A stretch of 30,808 nucleotides of DNA from positions 62,001 through 92,808 of the forward strand of contig JALAGF010003865.1 in the NCBI GenBank assembly GCA_030167865.1, given 5' to 3'. Positions 9,797 to 19,159 of the stretch are shown one piece after another; within the stretch, counting starts at the first letter, position 1, and every line of letters begins with the position of its first letter. The notes below the pieces were generated by a model. That model saw only the letters and a program-made list of their open reading frames with translations, was not told the DNA's origin and ran no database searches. The stretch comes from Craspedostauros australis (Eukaryota). Position numbers and translations under genes: made by a program.

Positions 9797-12700
9797 TTAC
9801 TTGGCGAATGGGTGCCAATCCTGGACGTATCGGGATCGGCATTGGCGTATGTGATCAATCTTCAACCGACATCCCCAGGCGTGATATTGTTCCAAGGCCT
9901 TCACCAAGTACTGCCGGATTGCATCATCGGGCACGGTGTCTTCCAGCTGGCGACCACCACGAGTGCCTCTCGCTTGCTGTTTGCTTCGAATGAGGTGTTC
10001 TGCAGCGAGTTCGTATCCAAGCGCGGTGATTTGCATGGATGATTCGTCGAGTGCTACTTGGATGGCCGTGTCGTACGCATCCAGGACCTGTTGGATCCTA
10101 GCACGATCACCTTTGCTGTCCGACAAGGATTGAGCTTCTGCTTCCAAGAGCAGCCTACATAAGCGAAGGGTGCTGCCTTTGGTCTTCTCAATGTCTTTCA
10201 GAGAAGTTATTTGGGAGCGTAGCTTTCGCTTGTGCGTGCGTTTTTTCGTCTTCCTGTACATCGCAGATGCTGCCAATCCCGACATGAGAAAACGAATCTG
10301 CTGCAAGATGTATGACTCATTGTCATTCCCAACACCTCGGAAAAGTTTCATCAATCGATTTGCGAGTTCGTGCTTGCCACTGTGATAAGCCACGGAGGCT
10401 GAAACGAAGAAATCAAACTTCGTCTCATACACCAGCGACGGATCTGGTGGATCCGTCTTCAAGTCTCTTGTCGCTTGAGTCTCGATGCGTGCCCAATCCA
10501 CCTTTTCGAGCCCAGCCATTGACTGGGAAAGCCGAAGATAGGAGTCTGAAATTTCATCCAGAGAAGCCACGCGATAAATGCGAGACTGCTGCATCGTGTG
10601 GCCGATGCTGTCGCTCAGCTCCTGGAGTGTGCGATTTTGAAAGTACGAGATGCCAAACCGAAACTGCATCATCCTGAGACCCGCTTCGAATTCTCCAGCT
10701 TGCATTGAGCGGTAGTGTGCTTTGCAGACGAGGTGATCGACCTCCTCTTTGGGTCGATTGAAGCGATAGAAAAATTCATTGGTGCTGATGTCTACCAGTC
10801 CGCCGAGTTGACCCCCGTTCGTCATATCCATAATTCGTTGCGCGATATCGGTGCATCGCATCGCTGAATCAAAATCGTTCAGGACGTTGTCAAACAGCAC
10901 CCCAAACCCACAGAAGCCCAACGCTGATGCCTCGCAAATCCCATGCTTGATTGTGATCTTGATCATTTTGCATACGAGGAGGAGGAATGGAATAGGATCG
11001 TTCACTAGCGTCGATCGATGTGCGACTTCGCACGCGATCTGCATTGCCATCTCTGTTCGGTAGTCATCCATCAGAGGCAAGCCTAGGATCTCTTCGTCTG
11101 AATGACTCTTCAAGTACGACTTGATCTTCAATATGTCTCTCACGATTTGGATAGGATAAAATCGACGAGGGAACAGGTGTAGCAAGCGAGCCGCACGCGT
11201 ACTCACTGCCAACGACTCCACGTACTTGTTCTCCCGTCCAAGCGCGTTTGCTATCGAGAAGTACGTCTGCAGCTTCTCATCCAGCGTCTTGGCCCTTTCA
11301 AAAACCTCATTGCCGAGCTTGTAGCCGACCTCAAAGTGTCCCAAAGAAAGCTCGGCCTCGGCTCTCACTTGACACAGTCGAAGGGACAGGTCGTAGTGAT
11401 CTTCCCATGGCTGCCTGACACGCTTGAGTGCGATGGACGCCTTGTGCAGATATCCGGCGGCGGATCCAAGAGCTGCCATCTGTAGCGCCTTCTCTCCGAC
11501 GCGCAGATTCATGGTGACGGAGAACATGTGGTCCTTGGTCTGGACGCTGTTGAGATGGTCTGCTGCAACGAAAAGAAGGGTGTCGTCCTGTTGCGATGGA
11601 TGGGAATGGTCTTGCAAGGAGTGATCATGTGAGGAGCGTTCTTGCGAATCTTCCATCTGCAATGGTCCCACATTGGTCCTGTCATATTGATTTCCGAGGT
11701 CAATGTGATCGAATTCTTGTGCTTCCGTGTACAGATCGAGGAGGCAATGGCCAATCTTCACTCTCAGCTTGTCTCTGGTCTCGCCATATGGAACGAGTCC
11801 GTATGCGGCCTGTTGGATGCGATCGTGAGCGAACTGATATCTGTGTGTGGTAGTTGTGGACTTGATGATGAGTCTTTCAGTCACGGCTTGTTGAAGGGTG
11901 GATATCACCTTGGATTGGGTCCATGCGGATGCCCGTGATGAGGCATGACCCAGCACCTTGTGGAGAGTGACGAGGTCAAAACGAGCTCGGATGTATGCCG
12001 CGATGGACAGCACATGCTGCACATCATCCGGCAGCTGTCTCAACTGATTCTCGATGGCAGCAACGATGTTGTCACTGATGGGAAGATCATCAATGTCGTC
12101 GTCGTCGTCGTCGTTGCCGTCGTGCCTGTCATGAAATCCATCATCATTCCTGAAACTGGCGGACAGGCCAGAGGTGCGGTTCTTGTTCTTCGTTGGTAGG
12201 TTCCATTCCCACATGAAGGTGATGCGACTGAACACGATGATGTTCTTGCGCTTCAGCTCCTCGATGGCTTGGAGTGTGAAGAAGACGTTGCCACGGGTCT
12301 TTTTGCGCAGCTTCCTTGTGAGGACGAGCAGATCGGGATCGTCCTGTGGGCGGTCGAACATGTCGGACAGCCAGTGCGTCATTTCGTTGATGGAAAGGTT
12401 GGTGATGGTGATCTGTTCGAGATCCGGCTGCTGTCGTTGGCCTTGTTGTTCGGAACCGTTCTTGATACAACCTTCTTTGCGAGATCCCTTGACCCTCTTT
12501 TGGCCGGCTGCCGTCTCGTTGTTTGCAGCTTCGCCACTTGACACCAATCGATCCAGAAAAGATGTCCTCAATGCCGCGTCTGCTTCCAGCTCGACGATCT
12601 CGTCGTTGTGAGGATCGGTATCCTGTCGGATGGCACCAAGCAACATGAAACTACGAAGGTCGGGATCAGCAATCATTGTTGCAAGGAGATCCAGTCCAGC

Positions 12701-13846
12701 GGACGAGGACCACTGTAAATCGTCAAGGAAGAGGTACACGGGTTTGGTTGGCGTGGAAATGGCCTTCATGAACTGGATGAAGACGTACTGCAGCCGGTTC
12801 CACGCGTTCTGCGAGGTTCCACCAGGCGCTGATTGCCCATATACAGTGGATCGGTGTGTACTGGACATGATCGATGGTGAGATTGATGCAGAACCAGATG
12901 CCACCGACAACTGGTCGTCCCATGAAGCCGGCATAGCTGAGTGCGAGATGATAGACGGACTCGCTGGTGTGGTGCCATCGGTCAAGAGGATGGAGAGGGA
13001 TGGCACCAACGCAGTCAAGCCCGCCAGCTTGCGTCGGAAGCTGCTGTTGTTTTGCCCCTTGGTATTGTCACTGTCTTTGCCACCGATCGTGGCACTGTCA
13101 CCTTCGGTGGCGGTATTGCTGCTGCTGCTGCTGTTGAATGTATCTCGAACCAACAACCTCATCCGAGCGATCTCCTCCGGTGGTCCATGCTTGAGTTGCG
13201 TTGCCAGATCGTTGAGGGCTTGGATGATACCAGAGAATGGTTCGCTGCCACCTGTGCCTTCATCAAACTTCCCACGCAACACGTAGCAACACGAGCAGTG
13301 ATGTGGTTTGTGATTGCTGGTGTCATTGGTGTTTGGGTGTGAATCGTTTCCGTCCGTCGATACGGGTGCCGGTGCGTGGGTGACGTTCGCGTCGCAAGTG
13401 CAGCATGTTTCATTGATGAATCGTTCAACCATGCAGGACTTTCCCGTTCCGCTTGTTCCCCACACCAGCACTGCTGGATAGATTGATGGAATCTGTTGTC
13501 TGTGGTGACCGTTGCCGTTGACGTTGTTGTTGCTGATGATCATTCTCCGAATGGAGTCGAGCTTGCGCAGTTCTGCCGTCCTTCCGAAGAACGGTTGATC
13601 GATTGTTTCTGCTGTCGCTTCTGTGGTGGCAGTGGATGTCGCTGGCAGAGATGAATCATGTTCGTCGTTTGGCTTCACGGCATGACTGCCGATGTGATTC
13701 CCACAATTGTTGACGGAAACGGCTCGGTACGTGGACGGCAGATCGACTGTGTTCTGCTCTTCTTCGGTGTATCCATCATCGTAGAACTCGCGTCCTGACG
13801 TGAGAACGTCGAAAGCAGCGGATTGCGCTGGTTTGATGGGCTCCAT
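9797..13846 (-). CDS. STAND-class AAA ATPase (AAA_16-like) with winged-helix and TPR-like helical C-terminal region, ~1349 aa, intronless
   Basis: FFGRTAEL pre-P-loop motif, Walker A GTSGTGKS (~13436-13459), GKFD..EPFSGI, Walker B LFLDDLQW (~12710-12733), KTRGNVFF (~12278-12301), YQFAHDRIQQAAY (~11801-11839), terminal YHAWGCRLKIDHI. These match the ATPase/sensor core of bacterial Ser/Thr kinase-AAA-GAF-histidine kinase hybrids. First ATG at 13846 (ORF track start is GTG). Confidence 0.85.
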   Translation of the reverse strand: MEPIKPAQSAAFDVLTSGREFYDDGYTEEEQNTVDLPSTYRAVSVNNCGNHIGSHAVKPNDEHDSSLPATSTATTEATAETIDQPFFGRTAELRKLDSIRRMIISNNNVNGNGHHRQQIPSIYPAVLVWGTSGTGKSCMVERFINETCCTCDANVTHAPAPVSTDGNDSHPNTNDTSNHKPHHCSCCYVLRGKFDEGTGGSEPFSGIIQALNDLATQLKHGPPEEIARMRLLVRDTFNSSSSSNTATEGDSATIGGKDSDNTKGQNNSSFRRKLAGLTALVPSLSILLTDGTTPASPSIISHSAMPASWDDQLSVASGSASISPSIMSSTHRSTVYGQSAPGGTSQNAWNRLQYVFIQFMKAISTPTKPVYLFLDDLQWSSSAGLDLLATMIADPDLRSFMLLGAIRQDTDPHNDEIVELEADAALRTSFLDRLVSSGEAANNETAAGQKRVKGSRKEGCIKNGSEQQGQRQQPDLEQITITNLSINEMTHWLSDMFDRPQDDPDLLVLTRKLRKKTRGNVFFTLQAIEELKRKNIIVFSRITFMWEWNLPTKNKNRTSGLSASFRNDDGFHDRHDGNDDDDDDIDDLPISDNIVAAIENQLRQLPDDVQHVLSIAAYIRARFDLVTLHKVLGHASSRASAWTQSKVISTLQQAVTERLIIKSTTTTHRYQFAHDRIQQAAYGLVPYGETRDKLRVKIGHCLLDLYTEAQEFDHIDLGNQYDRTNVGPLQMEDSQERSSHDHSLQDHSHPSQQDDTLLFVAADHLNSVQTKDHMFSVTMNLRVGEKALQMAALGSAAGYLHKASIALKRVRQPWEDHYDLSLRLCQVRAEAELSLGHFEVGYKLGNEVFERAKTLDEKLQTYFSIANALGRENKYVESLAVSTRAARLLHLFPRRFYPIQIVRDILKIKSYLKSHSDEEILGLPLMDDYRTEMAMQIACEVAHRSTLVNDPIPFLLLVCKMIKITIKHGICEASALGFCGFGVLFDNVLNDFDSAMRCTDIAQRIMDMTNGGQLGGLVDISTNEFFYRFNRPKEEVDHLVCKAHYRSMQAGEFEAGLRMMQFRFGISYFQNRTLQELSDSIGHTMQQSRIYRVASLDEISDSYLRLSQSMAGLEKVDWARIETQATRDLKTDPPDPSLVYETKFDFFVSASVAYHSGKHELANRLMKLFRGVGNDNESYILQQIRFLMSGLAASAMYRKTKKRTHKRKLRSQITSLKDIEKTKGSTLRLCRLLLEAEAQSLSDSKGDRARIQQVLDAYDTAIQVALDESSMQITALGYELAAEHLIRSKQQARGTRGGRQLEDTVPDDAIRQYLVKALEQYHAWGCRLKIDHIRQCRSRYVQDWHPFAK

Positions 13847-14489
13847 GATTCGATCTGTTGGTTGGGTTGATGGCACTGTGAACACCTTGGTTCAATCCTT
13901 CGCTTTGTGTGCACTTTGGGTGTGCGTTCTGCGTAGCGCTCGAGGGGGACACAGTCATCGTCCAGATGCGACAAGGGTCTCGTCGCCGTTCCATGTACGC
14001 AAGGATAGCTTCGCTCGTTGGTGTCAACGCTTGTCGCGGAAGAAGTGGTTGCGTCTCGGAACAAGAAGCTTGGCAGAGCATCAGTACAACTACTCGCAGC
14101 CAGTCCCGTTCTGTCCAAACCCCTGGCGGTTCGGTTCGCAACGAAAAAGAGCGAATGGACACACAACAGCATCGATGTTGAAGCAGCACCGCAACAAGGT
14201 AACAGAGAGTGTAAAAAGACCGCCCACACACAGCTCACAATGCCTGCAGAAGATGTTCGTGTCCGTCATCATTTCGTTGATACGGCCTAGATGTTCGATA
14301 CAACGATGATGGAGACCAAGCCATGACGAACATGTCCGTCAGATGCGAAGTAGTGATCAAATTCTATGGCGGCTGCGCATCGTCGAGCCCTAGTTGTGAA
14401 CGTGGCGGAACGCAATCGCATGGTACCCGTTCGCGTTAGATGCGCAATGGGAGTTCCACATTTTGCATTATGTGCGAATACCATGAGCG

Positions 14490-14765
14490 CAAACGGTGCT
14501 GGTGCAATGTGAAGAAAAGCACAGCAAGAAGGCAAGGACAATACAAGATACTCCAGCATTACGAGCTACAGCACCCTCACGAGGCCTCTGGCAGTGCGCT
14601 GCGTACTCGTATTGACATGTGTAGCATTGAGTGGACTACTCGTAATACTGGTGGAGTGGTACGACTCGGAGGACACCAGCACTGCCAGCTTATTGTTGCT
14701 GTCTCGTGTAAAATGTTCCTCCACATATGATTGCGAAACTGTGCGGATGGTGGGATCCAAAAGTA
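14490..14765 (-). repeat. 3' flank of tRNA-Leu copy 1; inverted homologue of 18897-19159
   Basis: The reverse complement of 14663-14765 matches 18897-18999 with about 5 mismatches in 103 nt. 14490-14537 matches 19112-19159 with about 6 mismatches in 48 nt (counted by eye). Confidence 0.9.
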
Positions 14766-14845
14766 TGACATCGGTGGGATTTGAACCCACGCCAATTAAG
14801 ACAACGGCCTTAACGTTGCGCCTTAGACCGCTCGGCCACGATGTC
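14766..14845 (-). tRNA. tRNA-Leu-AAG: tRNA-Leu(AAG), copy 1
   Basis: Reverse complement GACATCG-TG-GCCGAGCGGTCTAAGGC-G-CAACG-TTAAGGC-CGTTG-TCTTAATTGGC-GTGGG-TTCAAAT-CCCAC-CGATGTC-A: full cloverleaf, AAG anticodon, variable arm, followed by TTTT. Confidence 0.96.
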
Positions 14846-14968
14846 TTTGGTACTGTTGTTTTCGAGCGGAAAAACTGAGATTAAATTTAGTGAAAATTCA
14901 TCAAACAGACAACCAAGAAGACCGAAGCAATCGAGCCCATCAACATTGCATCAGATGTGCTCATAGCA
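14846..14968 (-). repeat. 5' flank of tRNA-Leu copy 1; direct homologue of 17384-17513
   Basis: atcaaacagacaaccaagaagaccgaagcaatcgagcccatcaacattgcatcagatgtgctcatagca (14900-14968) versus atcaaacagccaagaagacttcagcagtcgagtccatcgacattggaccagatgtgctcatagca (17449-17513). Both tRNAs are also abutted by tttggt. Confidence 0.85.
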
Positions 14969-17027
14969 AGCAAGTGTTGGAGAGAGTATGTGCAACTCCT
15001 TGCGTTTTGTGATTGGTCGTTGTGGTCGGTTTCATAGCTGCCTGTTATCTTTTCTGGAGTCTCTGTCGTGCGGAGGCTGATGTCGATGAAGGTTGTGATG
15101 TCGACTTCGATGCAAATGATGCTGCCTCTGGTTTGTTGGCAAGTTCCGTAGACGGATACCTTGCGATCGTGGAAGACAGTGATGGTTGATAGTCGATTGT
15201 ATTTGCTATTTCATTATGTTGGCACTCTGATCCTCTCAGTGTCTCCATTCTCTTGCCCAATGCTCTTGGTGCGTCTGTCTGTTTCGTAGATTGGGTCTCC
15301 GACTATGAGTCAGTATGCAAGATGCTCTCTTGCCACTCTTTGTATTCTCTATCTCTCTCTACCAATATTGTGTACTCATGCTGCACAATGCTTCGTGTTT
15401 GATGCATGCTCCACATTTGACACTCTATTTGTTCACTACTGGTTCCTACTCCATGAGTACTTTCCATTTGAACTTCACCTCCTGTATCCATGATCTTGAT
15501 GCCCTTCGGTCATCCAATCTTTACCTTCTGCTTCTGACATGGAGACAGATGTCAACGTGGTGACACGATGACATCCTGTCGATGTCAGCTGTTGTCCTTC
15601 TGCTCTCCAGATGTCACATTCCATTGGTGATGTGATGGTCTGCCAGATAATATCGTCATCTGGGGTTTAGTTGGGAGGTACATCGAGTTCCACTCGATAC
15701 CATACGTTCCCATTGCTGGATGGACGGACGATATTCCTGATTCTCTCAGAAATCGTTGATTGCAAATTTCCTCCATAAATTCTGCTTATTTTCGTGTGTT
15801 CCATTTCTACTGTGATTCTGACAAATCGCATCATACTATTGACACGAGTGTAGTTTTACCGTCCAAGTACGTATAAGAGAATAACGAGTGAACGATGCAC
15901 ATATACACGTACATGTCGACATATACTCACATGTACATCTCGACAACTAGCAACTCTACACGACAATGACAAGGAGATCCGCTCTGCTTCAACATGAGCA
16001 GGGAATCCAACCGCAATTCCTGTTGCCTGACAACCTATGTTCTCAATCACAACCTCAATCAAGATGTCAAGGCTTTGTACTTGAGCGTAGAACAACTACT
16101 GTACATAGCAGAGAGAGAGAGAGGAGCCTTGTCCGTTCTCAGCACTGAACCTCTGAAGGTCAGGGCAGAGCTGCACCATCTGACCGAACATCGTTTCTTC
16201 ATCCTACACCTCAAGCTGATCAACTCACAATGCAGACTATTCAAAATAAAAAATAGCACAACTCAAGATCAGCACAACAATCCTAATCTACTCATTGTCG
16301 CCTACTACAATCTTCCCAGACGGTCATCCCTTGCCAACTGCATCCCCAGCTTCATCCAAACTGGCAGTTGGCTTGGCCTTCCCTTCCGGATCGTGTCACA
16401 GCGTTACACGAAAATCCAACTCCTGTTGACCAATCAGAAATCTTCACATTTCTCACATTTTCCGTTCCGAACGGAAATTTTGGTCGAAAATCCGTTGTGT
16501 CAAATTTGTGTCACATTTCCTGTCGCAAGACCCGTTTTCCGTCAATCACAGATTTCGAATGTTGCGGAAATGAAAGACTTGCCAAGATGAACCCTGAGAA
16601 ACAACTCTACCCAACCAGGACAGACTTTGGTCTTGGGTGCGACACATGTGGATCGTACCCTGACCTTCTCAGGTGAATACGATCAATCATGTGATCGTTC
16701 TACTCGCAACATCGCGAGAAGACATAATTACAACATGGGGTATCGCGGTGTTTTGTTCATTGACTTTTGCCAACTTGACTTCACACAGTAGCACACACAT
16801 TTGTCGTGTTGTCTCCATGTTAATTTCACTTGCAAATCGCATGAGACCTGTCATGCCTCTCTCATGCTCACAGTTCCAAGAATACAATCTTGTGAGCTCG
16901 CCCGCATTCCAACTACTCATACGAATATCACAATAACAAACACGCTCCTCACCAACAACAACAACTTGATCAATCTGCATTTTTGGTGCATTATCCTTCA
17001 CACCCATCTATGATTACGTTCTAACAG

Positions 17028-17247
17028 CTTGTGGCACTATGCGTGATCAGTCCAGACCTGGGTCTAAAACTGCAGGAGATATTTTTATTGAAGCCGGACA
17101 GCTGTGTGGAAACGAACGCGTGCTTTGCGCTTGCCAATGATGATGCCACGGTCAACGACGTCATCGTCAGAACAGGACTATGCACAGGAACCCCGAATTG
17201 CCAACTTTGTGTAGGGGACAACTGCGTGGCGGAGACACTACACACAC
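17028..17247 (+). pseudogene. Exon-like fragment of a Cys-rich repeat protein, probably frameshifted
   Basis: Bounded by ttctaacag| and |gtacgt. Translation ...DSCVETNACFALANDDATVNDVIVRTGLCTGTPNCQLCVGDNC has regularly spaced Cys pairs. The 5' part reads better in another frame (CGTMRDQSRPGSKTAGDIFIE). No complete gene could be assembled. Confidence 0.35.
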
Positions 17248-17303
17248 GTACGTGAGCGGTGCAGCAAAAGATGAAAGAAAGCCCTCTGCAGGGAGCAAAA
17301 AGA

Positions 17304-17383
17304 TGACATCGGTGGGATTTGAACCCACGCCAATTAAGACAACGGCCTTAACGTTGCGCCTTAGACCGCTCGGCCACGATGTC
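17304..17383 (-). tRNA. tRNA-Leu-AAG: tRNA-Leu(AAG), copy 2
   Basis: 80 nt identical to copies 1 and 3; followed on the minus strand by TCTTTTTG (Pol III terminator). Confidence 0.96.
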
Positions 17384-17513
17384 TTTGGTGCTGATGCTAC
17401 GGGACTGACAGAGTGACTTTAAAATTGCTGTAAAATAGTTTACAATCAATCAAACAGCCAAGAAGACTTCAGCAGTCGAGTCCATCGACATTGGACCAGA
17501 TGTGCTCATAGCA
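17384..17513 (-). repeat. 5' flank of tRNA-Leu copy 2, homologous to 14846-14968
   Basis: Same alignment as for 14846-14968; clearest over 17449-17513. Confidence 0.85.
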
Positions 17514-18146
17514 TGCCCATGTTTCCGTCAGTATGGCAGATAGTGATCTATGGACATTATCAACTCCGAGTGCGTGTCCTGATCTGTGTTGGGCGCAACG
17601 CAGGTATTGGAGCTCTTTTTGCTGTGTGTTATTTCCTGGTCTTTCACACGATACCTTGTGGTCGATACAATTGCAGCCAGAGGAACATTATTTTAGCAAC
17701 AGTGGGCAAGCAACGGCGTTCCTTACGATTTAAGATCGCTTCGTGATGCTCTGCCATGGGCGTCGCGAGGCTTCGTTTGTTTTTTACCATCGTCGAGGAT
17801 GTTCGCGTGGTAAGTACTTTCTCCAGAGAGAGGTGTTCAGCATAGTGCGCAGTGTAATATTATTTCAGTAGTTGTTCTTGCACCGCAACGAACGACCAAT
17901 GGTACTTGCGTTGTGACTGCTATGGTCAGAAACCAAGTGTTCGCTGCGATGGACTGTCCTGGCTTGTGGTTTGGCAAGCACTATCCATGCGTCATTGCTG
18001 CACCAATACTTTACTGTCCAGGTGAGTGTGAACCCAGAGCGAAGGAAAAATGTTGGCACGGCCATTTGGCTCGCACGTTTCTCATGTTGTTTTGGAGATC
18101 CACGCGCCGAAAACGTGATTGCCGAAAGCAACTGCGACAAAAGGTG

Positions 18147-18218
18147 TTCTCCTGCCCGGATTCGAACCGAGGATGTGACATTCAGAGTGTCAAGTGATAA
18201 CCACTTCACTACAGGAGA
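18147..18218 (-). tRNA. tRNA-Gln-CTG: tRNA-Gln(CTG)
   Basis: Reverse complement TCTCCTG-TA-GTGA-AGTGGTTA-TCAC-T-TGACA-CTCTGAA-TGTCA-CATC-CTCGG-TTCGAAT-CCGGG-CAGGAGA-A: all four stems pair, anticodon CTG (18183-18185), 72 nt, followed by CACCTTTT. Confidence 0.93.
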
Positions 18219-18816
18219 TTCGACCGAGGCAGTTTTGCTCGTTACACATGAGGGAGAGAAACAAGTTTAGATACCATACTATGTTGCACTGTAGCCATGC
18301 TTTCGCTCGACCAGCAAGGGCATTCTTCTCGTTCTAAACAAGTAAAGTGGTACTTCGGACCAAGCTGTTGCTTGTCCAAGCTCGCGCGTTTCAGCTTCAA
18401 TACCATTGTGACTGGTTTTTAGAAGGTACTCATACAGGGCAGCAAATGCCGTGCGAGAGCGATGTGTGGCAGAGTCAAGTTTCAATAATCATGGCTTGAC
18501 AACTCAAGCTGTGGAGGTGTCGATTCTCGGGTTTGTTTCGATCCCCAGACACTTTTTATACATGTGTATACAACATATAAATAATATATTCGGACGGACA
18601 AGGCCACTATGGGAATGGTTGTGTGGATGAGAAACGAAACTAATCACTCCAGCTTGACTGCATCCGCCCACCGCATATAGTGGTGCCCGGTCCATGTGCG
18701 CAAATCACGGAGTGCTGTGAGTAACAACTGGACGTTTTCTGCCAAAATCGAGTTTTCAGTTCTTCTGTGATTGATTATAATCTTACTTTGCTTCACATCT
18801 TGGCATCGAGTTGCAA

Positions 18817-18896
18817 GACATCGTGGCCGAGCGGTCTAAGGCGCAACGTTAAGGCCGTTGTCTTAATTGGCGTGGGTTCAAATCCCACCGATGTCA
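18817..18896 (+). tRNA. tRNA-Leu-AAG: tRNA-Leu(AAG), copy 3
   Basis: gacatcgtggccgagcggtctaaggcgcaacgttaaggccgttgtcttaattggcgtgggttcaaatcccaccgatgtca; anticodon at 18851-18853; A and B boxes intact. Confidence 0.96.
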
Positions 18897-19159
18897 TCTT
18901 TTTGGATCCCACCATCCGCACAGTTTCGCAATCATATGCGGAGGAACATTTTGCACGAGACAGCAACAATAAGCTGGCAGTGGTGGTGTCCTCCGAGTCT
19001 AACTCTTCGCAACATATGAAACACACTGTCAGAGGTCTCGCGAGGGCACTGTGCTGCTATTATGTTGTAATGTCCACGAGTGAAATAGTTGGGGGAGTGT
19101 AGCAACGCTCCCCTTGCCTTCTGGCTTTGCTTTCCTTCACATTGCCCCGGCGCCGTTTG
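18897..19159 (+). repeat. 3' flank of tRNA-Leu copy 3; inverted homologue of 14490-14765
   Basis: Near-identity over the first ~103 nt, then gapped homology (cactgtcagaggtctcgcgaggg versus cactgccagaggcctcgtgaggg; ccttgccttctggctttgctttccttcacattgc block). Confidence 0.9.
18899..18903 (+). terminator. RNA polymerase III oligo-T terminator of tRNA-Leu copy 3
   Basis: TTTTT two nt after the discriminator base. Equivalent T4/T5 runs follow the other three tRNA genes. Confidence 0.75.

Noticed and set aside
17531-18027. Additional splice-like sites on the + strand between tRNA-Leu copy 2 and tRNA-Gln (cgcag|gtattg, ccag|gtgagt)
   Set aside because: The associated translations are short and uninformative; chance matches are likely.
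14766-18896. Repeated 80-nt units considered as a CRISPR array or tRNA-derived SINE family
   Set aside because: The units are complete, identical tRNA-Leu genes with immediate oligo-T terminators, irregular spacing and mixed orientation; no poly-A tail or target-site duplication seen.
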